DNA of 64,000 nucleotides from an uncultured bacterium. Its GTDB lineage: Bacteria; Krumholzibacteriota; Krumholzibacteriia; Krumholzibacteriales; Krumholzibacteriaceae. How positions within the stretch are numbered: the first letter of the stretch is position 1; each line of letters starts with the position of its first letter. The position numbers and the translations under genes are program-made. The notes under the pieces were generated by a model. It was not told where the DNA came from. It was given only the letters and a program-made list of their open reading frames with translations, and did not search any database. Where the stretch lies: NCBI GenBank assembly GCA_965371515.1, contig CBDUYR010000004.1, positions 20,235 to 84,234 on the forward strand. Reading direction: 5' to 3'. Shown one piece after another: positions 49,322-59,757 of this stretch.

Positions 49322-50044
49322 TCACCGTTCGGGATGCCATCCACCCTCCGGCGAGGGTGATTCGAGGGCCTTCTGGAGCATCACTATGTTGTCGCGGGCC
49401 TTCATTGCCAGAAACCCGTCCGGTTCGAGTTCCATGACCACCTCCCATTCCCTCATCGCCTCGCGGTATATTTTCGCTTCCCAGAAGAAGATAGCGAGGT
49501 AGAAGTGCGGCTGGGGATGGCCTGGATCGATCTCCAGGGCCGCATGCAGGTTGTTCCATGCCGCCCTGTGGTCCCCGTTCTGATGAAGGAGAAACGCGAG
49601 ATGAGAATGGGCCAGGACGTCTTCCGGATTGAGCGTGACGGCTGTCGCGAAACTCTTGATCGCATTACCGTAATCGCCATCCTCGTCGTAGAGGACGCCC
49701 TTGTTGACATGGGACTTGAAATCACCCGGATCGATCGCGATCGCCCTGTCGTAGTAATGCATAGCGGAGTCGGTCCGACCGAGCTCGTGATAGGCAACTG
49801 CCAACTGGAACATCACGTCGGCATCCGCCCTCCCCTGCACCAGGAGGTGGCGCAGGTAGGCCAGCCTCGGTCCCGGTCCGAGACCCTCCAGCTGCCTTGA
49901 GAGTGGCATCTCGCCTGCGGCTTGCTGCGCGGTCTGTTCCGGCGCTAGGGCGGTCTTCTGAGGAGACTGCCCGGCGGACAGATCTGACGGGATGAGAATA
50001 GCCGCCGCAGTAAGGACTGTTATCGTGAATACTGCCGATCTCAT
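49322..50044 (-). CDS. Exported TPR-repeat protein
   Basis: Start MRSAVF with signal peptide; YDRAIAIDP, AALEIDP TPR units. Confidence 0.8.
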   Translation of the reverse strand: MRSAVFTITVLTAAAILIPSDLSAGQSPQKTALAPEQTAQQAAGEMPLSRQLEGLGPGPRLAYLRHLLVQGRADADVMFQLAVAYHELGRTDSAMHYYDRAIAIDPGDFKSHVNKGVLYDEDGDYGNAIKSFATAVTLNPEDVLAHSHLAFLLHQNGDHRAAWNNLHAALEIDPGHPQPHFYLAIFFWEAKIYREAMREWEVVMELEPDGFLAMKARDNIVMLQKALESPSPEGGWHPER

Positions 50045-50091
50045 GATGTATCTTTCCGCGGAACGGTTCGGCGAACACAGCACCAGCCAGG

Positions 50092-51300
50092 TCAGTGCCT
50101 CTCGTCCTTCCGTTTCGACCAGGGCTCGGCCACGCTGAAGCTCAGCCCGAGCCGGAAGACGTTCTCCTCGATAAAGTTCTCCGCCTTTGAGCCGGTCCTC
50201 CCGAATTCGAGTGTGTAATCTATGGCCCCCGGCGAATTGCGCAGCGGTATTGCTGATCCGACTGTAAAGAAAGTCGAGATGACATCCTGTCCTGCCGGGA
50301 ACTGGAGGTGCCACTTTTCAGTATAGAATCCCAGCCGGATCGGGATCCTGTTGAATAGGTGTCCTTCGTTGCTCGCCCTGCGCTCGATGCCTACGCCGAA
50401 ATGCGTCTCGTCCCCCACGTTCCCCATGAGCTGTGGAAATCCGGTGGGTTCGGCTGCCGCCCTCATCCAGTACGACGAAGAGAGCCACACCCGGCCGAAA
50501 ACGTTCGCGGCAAACCCCACGTCCCAGGCCAGGGGCAGGGTATAGTCGAATGTCGTCGAAGTATCGAGAACGGCGGTGGTATTCTCCACGACCTCCTCTA
50601 CAAGGTAATCCACCGCGCCGTCGATATTACATCCCAGCCAGAGCCGCGGGTGGACCTCCCAGAGCAGTGCCGCTCCCCAGGATATCCCCGTGTAACTCCT
50701 TCGCCTCTTCGAGTCGACGTTCCTGTAATCCAGGTTATCGAACCAGACATTGACCTTGTCGATCACCGAGCCGAGATTGAACTGCGCCTCGCCGGCGACC
50801 CGGAGAGCATCAAACGGCTTCCACGCGACGATCACCGGGAGGGTGAAGAGCGAGCTGTCGAGCTTATAGTTCTCGTACGCGGTCGGCGCCCCCTCGATTT
50901 GCCGCACGAAGGAGAAATCAGCCCTCCCGAAATATCTCGTCCTGTATCCCATTGTCAGGACCAGTCCTTTCCTTATCGGAAAGGAAACGGTGAAAGTGGG
51001 AACCTGGTAGCGCGTCTGCTTCGAGGTGTATTCGAGGAAGTGGACCCTGCTCGCGCTGAGCAGCTGCTGGACGGTAAGAGTGACCATGGTCAGATCGGCA
51101 GTCGAGGCGGGGTTGGACGTCACCGAATTAATCGTATCCTGGACGGCGATGGCCGAGTAGCCGAGGGCCTGTTGCCTCGAACTTCCCATGTTGACCGCCT
51201 CGCCGATGTAGTTCATCCCGTAGATCGACTGCGCTTTCGCCCCGCAGGGAAAAAGAAGAATGAGGATGGCTGCAGCGGATACAGCGGCGTTCCTCATCAT
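50092..51300 (-). CDS. Outer-membrane beta-barrel protein (FadL/PorV-like)
   Basis: Signal peptide AKA-Q; ALG.....NPA plug motif; alternating beta strands; C-terminal FRLGLSFSV..PW. Confidence 0.65.
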   Translation of the reverse strand: MMRNAAVSAAAILILLFPCGAKAQSIYGMNYIGEAVNMGSSRQQALGYSAIAVQDTINSVTSNPASTADLTMVTLTVQQLLSASRVHFLEYTSKQTRYQVPTFTVSFPIRKGLVLTMGYRTRYFGRADFSFVRQIEGAPTAYENYKLDSSLFTLPVIVAWKPFDALRVAGEAQFNLGSVIDKVNVWFDNLDYRNVDSKRRRSYTGISWGAALLWEVHPRLWLGCNIDGAVDYLVEEVVENTTAVLDTSTTFDYTLPLAWDVGFAANVFGRVWLSSSYWMRAAAEPTGFPQLMGNVGDETHFGVGIERRASNEGHLFNRIPIRLGFYTEKWHLQFPAGQDVISTFFTVGSAIPLRNSPGAIDYTLEFGRTGSKAENFIEENVFRLGLSFSVAEPWSKRKDERH

Positions 51301-52502
51301 TTTCCCCCGAAATCTGTCGGCATCGTGTAGATGACCTCGATGTACGGCCTGAGGGAATCACCGGCGGCAGTATCGTATATCGCCAGAATCTGGACCCTCG
51401 AGAGCTCGAGGTCGGACTGCAGGACGAGGCCTGTGTTCGCGCGCGTTCCGTTCAGGATGTCGATCGTGTACTGATCCAGCGAGATTATGATCCTCGTGTC
51501 TATCGTGACCGGCATCAGGTTCCTCGAGACACCTGTGCCCTCGAGAATACCGGGATCGCCAGGATCGGATGAGGCGGGAGAATAGACGTAGTACGGAAAA
51601 TCGGTCGAGGCACCGAGGAGCATCTCGCCGAAGGTCGCCCCGAATCCCGACGAGCCTTCCGTGTGGAAGACAAGCGCCGAGTAGTTCAGCGTGGCCAGCT
51701 CGGGCACTCCGTCCAGATCGAATTCGAAGTATATCCTGCGCGCGGTCCCCCCTGCGGCGGCGAGGGCCGTGATGCGATCCTCCGTGATCGCGTAGTCGGA
51801 GATGTCGGGAAGGAACACCTCGTCGCCTCCCTCGAAGATCACTTTCAGGAGCGGCGGGTTGGTGCCGTAGTTCTGTGCATACATTTCGATGAGGCCCAGA
51901 GTATCGGGCACGTAGGCCCAGTTGATCGATATTCCGTGCGGCCACGGGTCCACCGTCCCGTCCACCCATCCCTGGACGATAGTCTTGTCGATACTGAACT
52001 CTGTCCTCTCGAAGTTGATATCCCTGACCGTCTCTCCATTCGCACCGAGGATAGGATCGGGATTGTAAGCAGGAGGAGAAGTGATCGTGTCGAACTCGGA
52101 AAAATCCTCGAGCAGCTCGTTAAATGTTACCCCGAGATGAAAGAGCGTGTCCTGAACGATGATGACCGGCAGATCGAGAACCACCGAGTCGACGATCATA
52201 CCGTCGAAATTGGCGAGTGAATCGTAGTTGAACTGCATCAGCAGGGTAGTATAGCGGACGCCCTTGATCTCACCGATCTTGAGTGTCGAACTTTCACCTA
52301 TCCCGTAAGGGATCTCGAGCATCGAGACGCTGCGGAGCGTATCGATGTACCTCTCCGTATCGCCCGCCTGGGGGCTGTACCAGCCCGATTCATGGAAAGG
52401 CCTCGTGACCGGACCCTCGGCGTCGGTCCCACAGCCGGCCGACAGCGCCAGGACGGCGACAGCTGCGATCAGAGCATATGCAAAATATATACGTTTCATC
52501 AT
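51297..52502 (-). CDS. Hypothetical lipoprotein (possibly DUF4270-like)
   Basis: Lipobox SAGC; beta-rich; C-terminal RPYIEVIY. Confidence 0.55.
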   Translation of the reverse strand: MMKRIYFAYALIAAVAVLALSAGCGTDAEGPVTRPFHESGWYSPQAGDTERYIDTLRSVSMLEIPYGIGESSTLKIGEIKGVRYTTLLMQFNYDSLANFDGMIVDSVVLDLPVIIVQDTLFHLGVTFNELLEDFSEFDTITSPPAYNPDPILGANGETVRDINFERTEFSIDKTIVQGWVDGTVDPWPHGISINWAYVPDTLGLIEMYAQNYGTNPPLLKVIFEGGDEVFLPDISDYAITEDRITALAAAGGTARRIYFEFDLDGVPELATLNYSALVFHTEGSSGFGATFGEMLLGASTDFPYYVYSPASSDPGDPGILEGTGVSRNLMPVTIDTRIIISLDQYTIDILNGTRANTGLVLQSDLELSRVQILAIYDTAAGDSLRPYIEVIYTMPTDFGGK

Positions 52503-52657
52503 TTTTCCGTTTCATCCCCGCAGTGCGGGACGCCTGTGGAAGTTACATCAGCAGATATACCCAGTCAAGACGGAATGCCCCGCAGGGGCCGAATACCGCC
52601 CCGTCGACGGCAATATACGCCATCCGGAAGGAAAGTTCCGGTTCACCTGGCTGGCGA

Positions 52658-53485
52658 TCATCCCTTTTTACGCAGAAACGCCACCACCGTTCCGGCAAAG
52701 AGTTCCCCGAGCCGGGGAATAGACGTCAGGGGTGCGAGAAATCCGAATCGCGGCGGTTTGAGCTCCTCAAAGACAGTCTCGAGCGACGCGACCCCTTCGA
52801 GGATCCGGCGATAGCAGGCCACGTTGATCCTGTTGTTCGAGGTACGGTACTCTTCGATCATCCTCGCCGCCTCTCCCGATGGATCCTGGTCCCCGCGCCG
52901 ATCGAGTGATAGTTCGAGGAGCTGCTCGAGGATATTCTCGCTATAGAGCAGATGGCACCAGGGAGTGTGGATATGGTCGTAGAGGTGCGATGCCAGCGGA
53001 GAGCCCCACGGAGTGAAGAAAAGGAAAACGAGCCCTCCGGCCCGCGTCACCCTGGCGAACTCCTCCAGCGCCGGAGCAGGCCTGGCGAAATGCTCCATCG
53101 AATCGTTCGCGATGACTATATCGAAAGAGCCTTCACGAAAAGGAAGGTCGGTTGCGTCACCCGTCACTACATCGATCGAGCTTCCCCTCTTCCTCGCGTA
53201 CTCGAAGGCTCCGGCGGCGTGCACGAGATCGAGATCGACGCCTGTCACCACCGCGCCCTCCTCGGCATAGGCGACAGATTTTCCGCCGAGGCCGCACCCG
53301 ATGTCGAGCACCCGCTTTCCCTTGAGGGAACCGAACCAGCCCGAATATTCGTCCAGAAGGGATTTCCCGACGCCGTATTCCCACTCGGCGTAAGCCTCGT
53401 GCGAATCCCGGCCGCCGACCCTCGGCCCGGGAAAGATACGGTCGACGGCATATATCATCCTGGCAAGAGGTCCGGCCACAGTCAC
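52658..53485 (-). CDS. Class I SAM-dependent methyltransferase
   Basis: VLDIGCGLGG, GDATDLPF..GSFD, MEH, PWGSP..SH. Confidence 0.9.
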   Translation of the reverse strand: MTVAGPLARMIYAVDRIFPGPRVGGRDSHEAYAEWEYGVGKSLLDEYSGWFGSLKGKRVLDIGCGLGGKSVAYAEEGAVVTGVDLDLVHAAGAFEYARKRGSSIDVVTGDATDLPFREGSFDIVIANDSMEHFARPAPALEEFARVTRAGGLVFLFFTPWGSPLASHLYDHIHTPWCHLLYSENILEQLLELSLDRRGDQDPSGEAARMIEEYRTSNNRINVACYRRILEGVASLETVFEELKPPRFGFLAPLTSIPRLGELFAGTVVAFLRKKG

Positions 53486-53510
53486 ATCCCTCTTAATATC
53501 TCATACGGTC

Positions 53511-55481
53511 CTATGCGGCCCTCTTTGAATCCCAGTAGACATACAGGCAGAGGCCCGTGAACAGGATCACGCTGAGCACCTCTCCGAACGCTGTCTCTCC
53601 AAGTCCGGTGTGGAGCACCGTGTCCCATTTGATAAACGCGATAAGGGCGCTCATCACGCCCATCAGTGCGCCGCCGGCGATGAATCCCGAGGCGATGAGC
53701 GTTCCCCGCTCCTTGCGCCTGGTACTGACCTGGGGGTCGCTGCTGCTCTTGATGACGAAGTGGGATATGATACCCCCGACGAGTATCGGCGTGTTGAGCT
53801 GTATCGGCAGGTACATACCGAGAGCGAATGCCAGGGGCGATATCTTGAGGAACTCGAGTATGATCGCCATGAATCCGCCGGCGATATAGAGCCCCCATGG
53901 AGCGCTGGCGTCGGACATAAGGGTCTTGATGACCGCCGCCATGGCGTTCGCCTGAGGGGCCGCCAATTCACTATCTACCCCGAACCCATATACTTTGTTG
54001 AGCAGAAGGATCACACCGGTAACGCTCACCGCGGCGACAAGGATGCCGAGGAACTTGTACTGCTCCTGTTTCTTCGGCGTCGAGCCGAGCCAGTAACCGA
54101 CCTTTAGATCGCTGATGAACGCTCCCGCCGTGGAGAGCGCTGTACAGACGACCCCGCCGATTATCAGCGCGGCGACCATCCCCCGCGGCCCCGACAGGCC
54201 CGCCTTCACCAGTATTACACTGGAAAGTATCAACGTCATGAGTGTCATCCCCGATACCGGATTGACGCCCACGATCGCGATCGCCCTTGCCGCTACGGTC
54301 GTGAAGAGGAAGCTGATCACTGTCACCACTGCAAGTGAGATGAGGGCCATCTTCCACGAGTCGACAACGCCGAATCCGAAGAAGAGAAGCACTGCGAGCA
54401 GGGAGGCCGCCAGAAGGAAGACGACCGACGACATCGGCATGTCGGTGTCGACACGTTCGGTCTTCTCCTCGGCGTGGCCCTTCCCCGCGAACATCTGCTT
54501 TATACCGACGCTGAACGAGGAAACGATGATCTTGATATTCTTGATGATGCCTATGACACCGGCGACGGCTATGCCGCCGATGCCGATGTGACGGATGTAG
54601 TTCGTGAAAATCAGCTCGGGGGTCATGTCAGCGATCGGGATCTCGCCGGGCGCCAGGGGCGCACCGATATGCCGCCCGAAATAATAGACCGCCGGTATCA
54701 GGACGAGCCACGAGAGAAAGCTTCCCGCGGCGATTATCGTCGCGTACCGAAGGCCTATGATATATCCGAGGCCCAGTACCGCCGCCCCGGCGTTGATCTT
54801 TACGACAAGCTTGGCTTTGTCCGCCACCACTGCGAGCGGGGGCAGGACACGGGTCGAGATGACCTCACGCCAGAGCCCGAAGGTGGCGATGCAGAAATCG
54901 TACAGCCCGGCTATGATCGCGGCCTTCATAAGCACCTTGGCCTGCTCGCCGCCTGCCTCGCCCGTGACGAGCACCTCGGTGATCGCCGTTCCCTCGGGGA
55001 ACGGCAGATGCCCGTGCTGCTCCCTGACAAAGTAGCGCCTCAGCGGGACGATGAAGAGGATGCCGAGGAATCCGCCGAGCATCGCGGCGATGAATGTCTG
55101 GTAGTACTTCAGTTCGAGGTCGAGGATGAAGATCGCCGGCAGAGTGAATATCATGCCGGCCACTACCACCCCGGACGCCGAACCGATCGACTGTATGATC
55201 ACATTCTCGAGAATCGTCGAGCGTCTGGCGAACAGTCCGCCGATTCCGACGGCGAGGATCGAGATAGGGATCGCGGCCTCGAATACCTGGCCGATCTTCA
55301 GACCGAGATAAGCCGCGGCCGCGGTGAAAAGGACGGCCATCAGGAGGCCGAGTGTCACCGAGCGCGTCGTGATCTCGGGGATTGTTTTATCGGTCGGAAC
55401 GTAGGGAATATACTTCTCGCCCGACTCGAGGACCTGGTACGCGTTTGCCGGAAGTTTGCCGGTGCCCTTGCTCTGCTCCAT
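53511..55481 (-). CDS. OPT family oligopeptide transporter
   Basis: EITTRSV, YLGLKIG, LENVIIQ, LPFPEGTA, DLKVGYWLG.TP, APQA. Confidence 0.93.
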   Translation of the reverse strand: MEQSKGTGKLPANAYQVLESGEKYIPYVPTDKTIPEITTRSVTLGLLMAVLFTAAAAYLGLKIGQVFEAAIPISILAVGIGGLFARRSTILENVIIQSIGSASGVVVAGMIFTLPAIFILDLELKYYQTFIAAMLGGFLGILFIVPLRRYFVREQHGHLPFPEGTAITEVLVTGEAGGEQAKVLMKAAIIAGLYDFCIATFGLWREVISTRVLPPLAVVADKAKLVVKINAGAAVLGLGYIIGLRYATIIAAGSFLSWLVLIPAVYYFGRHIGAPLAPGEIPIADMTPELIFTNYIRHIGIGGIAVAGVIGIIKNIKIIVSSFSVGIKQMFAGKGHAEEKTERVDTDMPMSSVVFLLAASLLAVLLFFGFGVVDSWKMALISLAVVTVISFLFTTVAARAIAIVGVNPVSGMTLMTLILSSVILVKAGLSGPRGMVAALIIGGVVCTALSTAGAFISDLKVGYWLGSTPKKQEQYKFLGILVAAVSVTGVILLLNKVYGFGVDSELAAPQANAMAAVIKTLMSDASAPWGLYIAGGFMAIILEFLKISPLAFALGMYLPIQLNTPILVGGIISHFVIKSSSDPQVSTRRKERGTLIASGFIAGGALMGVMSALIAFIKWDTVLHTGLGETAFGEVLSVILFTGLCLYVYWDSKRAA

Positions 55482-55613
55482 TGCTCCTCCTTGCCGTGGG
55501 AAATGGCCGAACCTGTCCGTTGACAGAGGATTTCGCAGGATTCTAACACGGCAGGACGAATGGCTGTCAACTGGTTAAGGGGATCATCCTGGGTCAGAGA
55601 CATTCGTACGGTC

Positions 55614-57044
55614 TCACTTCGGGGATCTTTTCAACATGCTCATGAGCTTGGACACGATTATGCCCACCTCGTCTATCTTAAACCTCGTCAAGATAAGTAG
55701 ATACGCACCCATAAACAGCAGGGAGAAGACCACAGCCTTCACCACGGGATGCAGCTCGAAATATCTGCCCGCATAGAGGATCGGCAGCGAGACAAGACAG
55801 ACCATGACGATTGTCAGCACTTTCCTCCACATTACCAACTGTCTCAGCGACAGCGAATAATGATCCAGGACCTTCCAGGCGAGATAAATCGTGAAGAACA
55901 GAATGCCGACTACATAGGCTATCGGCGGCGCCATCATTCCCAGGAACTTGAAGGTGAGCAGAATAAAAGAGACGTTGACAATCAGATGGATAATATTCCC
56001 GAAGAATATGTACTTGTTCCTGTTGATCGCCCTCAGCGGAATCGCCATATCGAAGCATTGGATCAACATCAGCGTCAGGTAGACCTTGAATATCGGGACC
56101 GCGTTGATGTACTTCTCGCCGAAGAGCGTTACGATGACGGTTTCCGCGTTCCAGAAAAAGACGACAAAGACCGGAAAAACGAGGAAACACAGCACGACCG
56201 CCGCCCGCTTCCACATCAGCATCCGCTCACTCTCATCCGCTTTTGTCATCTCCGGAAAAAGAACATCCATGATGCTCGAACGCACCGCATGGATGATCGG
56301 CACCTGGTAATTTCCGATGCTGTAAATTGCCAGGCCGTTCACTCCAAGGGTCGTGGAGATGACGAGCTTGGCAAGATCGGCGTTGACTCTCGTGACCGCA
56401 TTCGACGATCCGAGCGGGACGATATACCTGACCTGCTCTTTGAGGAGCTGCCTGTCGAGTTTGAGGGTGAAAAGCTTCCGGGAAACAATGAGCGTGAAGA
56501 TGCACTTCAGCACCTCCAGCGCCACGATCGACCAGATAACGGCGATAACACTTCGCGTGAAGTATGCCACGGTGATTATCGTCGCTATCCTGAGCAACGC
56601 CCTGGTGGCTGAATAGTACAGGACGTGATCGCTCCGTTTTCTTCCAAGGCTGTAGCTCTCGAAATACTCGAGGTTCAGGAAGAAAAAGACATAGAGGATC
56701 AGGGCGGCGATGAAATCATAGCTTGTTCTGTCCAGGATATAGTTCCGGGCGAGATAGACTCCAGTGGAGCCGACGACTGAGATAGCGAAGAGGATAAGGG
56801 CAGTGTGCGATATTATCTGGCGCGCCCTCTCTGGATATTTCGCGATAAAATAGAGCGGATTCACACCGACGGAAAAGATCAGAAGGCCCGTGATCAGAAA
56901 GTAATAGAGGACAAATTCCCGGTACTGCCCGTACGACGTCACGTCGAAGATCCTGACCAGGAAGATCGGCGACAGCAATATCACGCCGTAGTTCAGTGCC
57001 CGGCATAGAGCAAGGATTAAAGTTCTTCTTGTCAGCGATGCCAA
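55614..57044 (-). CDS. Wzx-type oligosaccharide flippase
   Basis: About 14 TM segments; LVRIF....YGQY; LFGEKY..A.P. Confidence 0.8.
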   Translation of the reverse strand: MASLTRRTLILALCRALNYGVILLSPIFLVRIFDVTSYGQYREFVLYYFLITGLLIFSVGVNPLYFIAKYPERARQIISHTALILFAISVVGSTGVYLARNYILDRTSYDFIAALILYVFFFLNLEYFESYSLGRKRSDHVLYYSATRALLRIATIITVAYFTRSVIAVIWSIVALEVLKCIFTLIVSRKLFTLKLDRQLLKEQVRYIVPLGSSNAVTRVNADLAKLVISTTLGVNGLAIYSIGNYQVPIIHAVRSSIMDVLFPEMTKADESERMLMWKRAAVVLCFLVFPVFVVFFWNAETVIVTLFGEKYINAVPIFKVYLTLMLIQCFDMAIPLRAINRNKYIFFGNIIHLIVNVSFILLTFKFLGMMAPPIAYVVGILFFTIYLAWKVLDHYSLSLRQLVMWRKVLTIVMVCLVSLPILYAGRYFELHPVVKAVVFSLLFMGAYLLILTRFKIDEVGIIVSKLMSMLKRSPK

Positions 57045-57070
57045 TGCGTCATCACCTCGTCTCCGTCGTT

Positions 57071-59629
57071 CTACTCGATCTCTATCTCTCCGACAACGGT
57101 GCCGCTGAAATAATCCTCGTCGACCAGTATGTCTTTCAGATAGTAGTTAGGGTAATGTGGCTTCTCTGCCATCCTCACCGATATAACATACCGGCCGCTA
57201 GCTATTTCAGACGGAATATCAATCGATATCGGATTCTCTATCTCACGCCCCACTGGCCACAGGTCGGGAGCAAATATCCCGGCGAACGGCTGATTGTCGG
57301 CCCGGAATCTGAAAGAGGTCTTCTTCATGCGCTCGAGGACCTTCCTGTAGATTTTCCCGTACGACCTGTGGTAAACGGCACTTTTCTCGAACCTCGTGTC
57401 GAAACGGATATGAGTAATGTAACTCCTGAAGGGAAGAGGTTCGGTCGCAACCCATTTCACCGTCGCTTCGATCCTTTCGCCTCTTTTCGCCTTCTTCCGG
57501 TCGAGCCCGAATTCCAATATCTTGATCCCGGGCATCCCGGAATCGGGGAATCTCCGCATTTCTCCGGCTGCAATAGCCCCGCCCACAAAAAGAGGCGGGC
57601 CCTCGCCCCTCTTCAGGCTGACGGTCATCCCGGGACGGACCATGAACAGCGCCGCGGAATCGTTTTCGTACAGTTTCTCGAACACTCCATCGGCATGATC
57701 GAGTTTCTCGTTCAGTATATCGTTGAGTGCACTGTCCGAACGCCAGTACATCGTCCTCAGCGTCCGCGGAATCCTCCCGTTGATCAGAATATACGTGGCT
57801 TCGTACTTTTTCATGACATCGGCTATCCGACCGGGCGAAGAGGACGGCGAAAAAACGGCCCTGCAGTCGATCAGCCTGTCTATCGCCGACGAGTCATTGG
57901 GCGTCGAGTGCTGATCGTACGGACAGACAACAAATTGCCTGGTGAATGCGGGGATGCTGTAACTCGTCACCGGATCGGAGAGGACGACGCCGCCGTCCTC
58001 CAGATTATCATTCATATACTGATACACGTCTGTCAGGTTCAATGAGCTGAATTTCTCGAGTTTTTCGATGTTCCTGCCTGAGTACGCGAAGTGACGGATC
58101 CCGTCGGCGAGAGGAAGGACCGCGAATATCAGAACGGCCAGCAGGCCGATAACCAATGCGCTCTTTGGCATTTCGATCCGTTTGCCGCGCAGTGCGCCCC
58201 AGAGCTCATGCATAAGAAAGGCCGATATGACCATGGAAGGGGCGACGACCTCCATCCGTATCAGGAGATAAGAAAGCCTCTCATGGAGCAGAGGAAAGAG
58301 GAACGGGATGAATATCAGAAGGTAGTAAGTGATCTGAGCTGCGAAAAGAAGCATCAGGGTCCTGTTGCGCTTCGCTGTCTTCCACAGGACCGGAATAGCG
58401 ACAGCTGCCAGGATTCCAAGGGATCCGGCCTCTTGGACGAACACGACCGGATTGAGAGTATACAGCTTCCTGGTAAGGTACATCACGCCCTGGACATGCG
58501 TATGGATCAAGTTGGCCGGAGAGTAATCCCGAAAATACCGGAGGAGTATGTACGGAAGGTTGACAATCAGAACAGCGGCCGGAACGAGGAGAACCAGGCG
58601 CGTCAGACCGGGCCCCACAAGCGATCTCCTTCGGAAAACGAGATGTACCAGGATCACGACGCACGTCAGAAAGATCAGGATGATGAAATGAGCAATATGC
58701 GTACTCGTGGCGGCAACGGATGCCGCCAGTACAAACACAAGATACCTCGGATTTCCCGAGCGAAGGTAGAGAGGCAGGACGGAAAGAGCGGAAAGGTAGA
58801 ATATCCTTCCAAAGGAAAAGTTCATCGCAAGGTAGATCAGATGAAAAGTAGCGATCCCCCCGTGATCGATCAGGAGAAAGAGTGCGGCAGCGATCAATCC
58901 CGTTGCTCCACTTCTGAACAACAGGATACCCGAACAGAAAATGGCAATGATGAAAAAGATGGATCCGAAGAGAGAGATCAGCGGCCAGATCCGGTACGCA
59001 TCCCCGTTACCGGTCAGAGCGTTGATAGTACCCCATAACGAATGAAGCATGCCCCTGCGGATGTCGCGCGTAAGAATACCGCCGTCACGATAATAGAATT
59101 CTTCGGGAAACGCCTCGTGCGATCTGGAGACCGCCCCGATGTAGGCGATATGATCGGGAGAGTCTCCTGTGAGGAGGACCGGGTCGCCGGGGCCGAGAAT
59201 CAGAATCGCTGCCAGCGCTATCAGGATCAGAAGCATGACGACATGCCGTCTCTCCAGAGAGGGGGTCAGTCTGCTGCCGATATCGGTTCCGTTTTCTACA
59301 GGGGGGGGCGGGAGGAGCGCCAGCGGGACAACCACCGCCGGTATGACAAATCGGATGATCGTGGAATCGAGTCTCAGGAGCGCCGCGACAAAGAAGATGC
59401 AGAAGACAAGGGTCGTCCCGAAGACGAGAGAGGAAAGGAGCCCAAGAACTCCGGTAAATGCGGGTACAAGTCTCCTGGAAAGGAGCATGCCCGGCACGAT
59501 CACCAGATAGAGGAAAAAGAATGTGAAAAGCACCCTCTGCAGGGGAAGTACGGACGGGTAGAGGCTCAGAAATACAAAAATCCCTGTCAGAATAAATGAT
59601 ACCAGCGGCAACAAGTTGTTTTTCTTCAT
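57071..59629 (-). CDS. Large multi-TM protein, GT-C glycosyltransferase-like
   Basis: Many TMs, D..DH in the first large loop (GDSPDH), soluble C-terminal domain; next to the flippase. Confidence 0.55.
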   Translation of the reverse strand: MKKNNLLPLVSFILTGIFVFLSLYPSVLPLQRVLFTFFFLYLVIVPGMLLSRRLVPAFTGVLGLLSSLVFGTTLVFCIFFVAALLRLDSTIIRFVIPAVVVPLALLPPPPVENGTDIGSRLTPSLERRHVVMLLILIALAAILILGPGDPVLLTGDSPDHIAYIGAVSRSHEAFPEEFYYRDGGILTRDIRRGMLHSLWGTINALTGNGDAYRIWPLISLFGSIFFIIAIFCSGILLFRSGATGLIAAALFLLIDHGGIATFHLIYLAMNFSFGRIFYLSALSVLPLYLRSGNPRYLVFVLAASVAATSTHIAHFIILIFLTCVVILVHLVFRRRSLVGPGLTRLVLLVPAAVLIVNLPYILLRYFRDYSPANLIHTHVQGVMYLTRKLYTLNPVVFVQEAGSLGILAAVAIPVLWKTAKRNRTLMLLFAAQITYYLLIFIPFLFPLLHERLSYLLIRMEVVAPSMVISAFLMHELWGALRGKRIEMPKSALVIGLLAVLIFAVLPLADGIRHFAYSGRNIEKLEKFSSLNLTDVYQYMNDNLEDGGVVLSDPVTSYSIPAFTRQFVVCPYDQHSTPNDSSAIDRLIDCRAVFSPSSSPGRIADVMKKYEATYILINGRIPRTLRTMYWRSDSALNDILNEKLDHADGVFEKLYENDSAALFMVRPGMTVSLKRGEGPPLFVGGAIAAGEMRRFPDSGMPGIKILEFGLDRKKAKRGERIEATVKWVATEPLPFRSYITHIRFDTRFEKSAVYHRSYGKIYRKVLERMKKTSFRFRADNQPFAGIFAPDLWPVGREIENPISIDIPSEIASGRYVISVRMAEKPHYPNYYLKDILVDEDYFSGTVVGEIEIE

Positions 59630-59757
59630 ATCATGAGCGGAATCCGCATTCCGTCGCGATTAACCTCACGTCCATAAACCCATATTCGGTCTGTACGTGA
59701 TATATCTATTCGCTGGAAGAATATACGGGCTTGGAGATAATTGTACAATATCGAATC

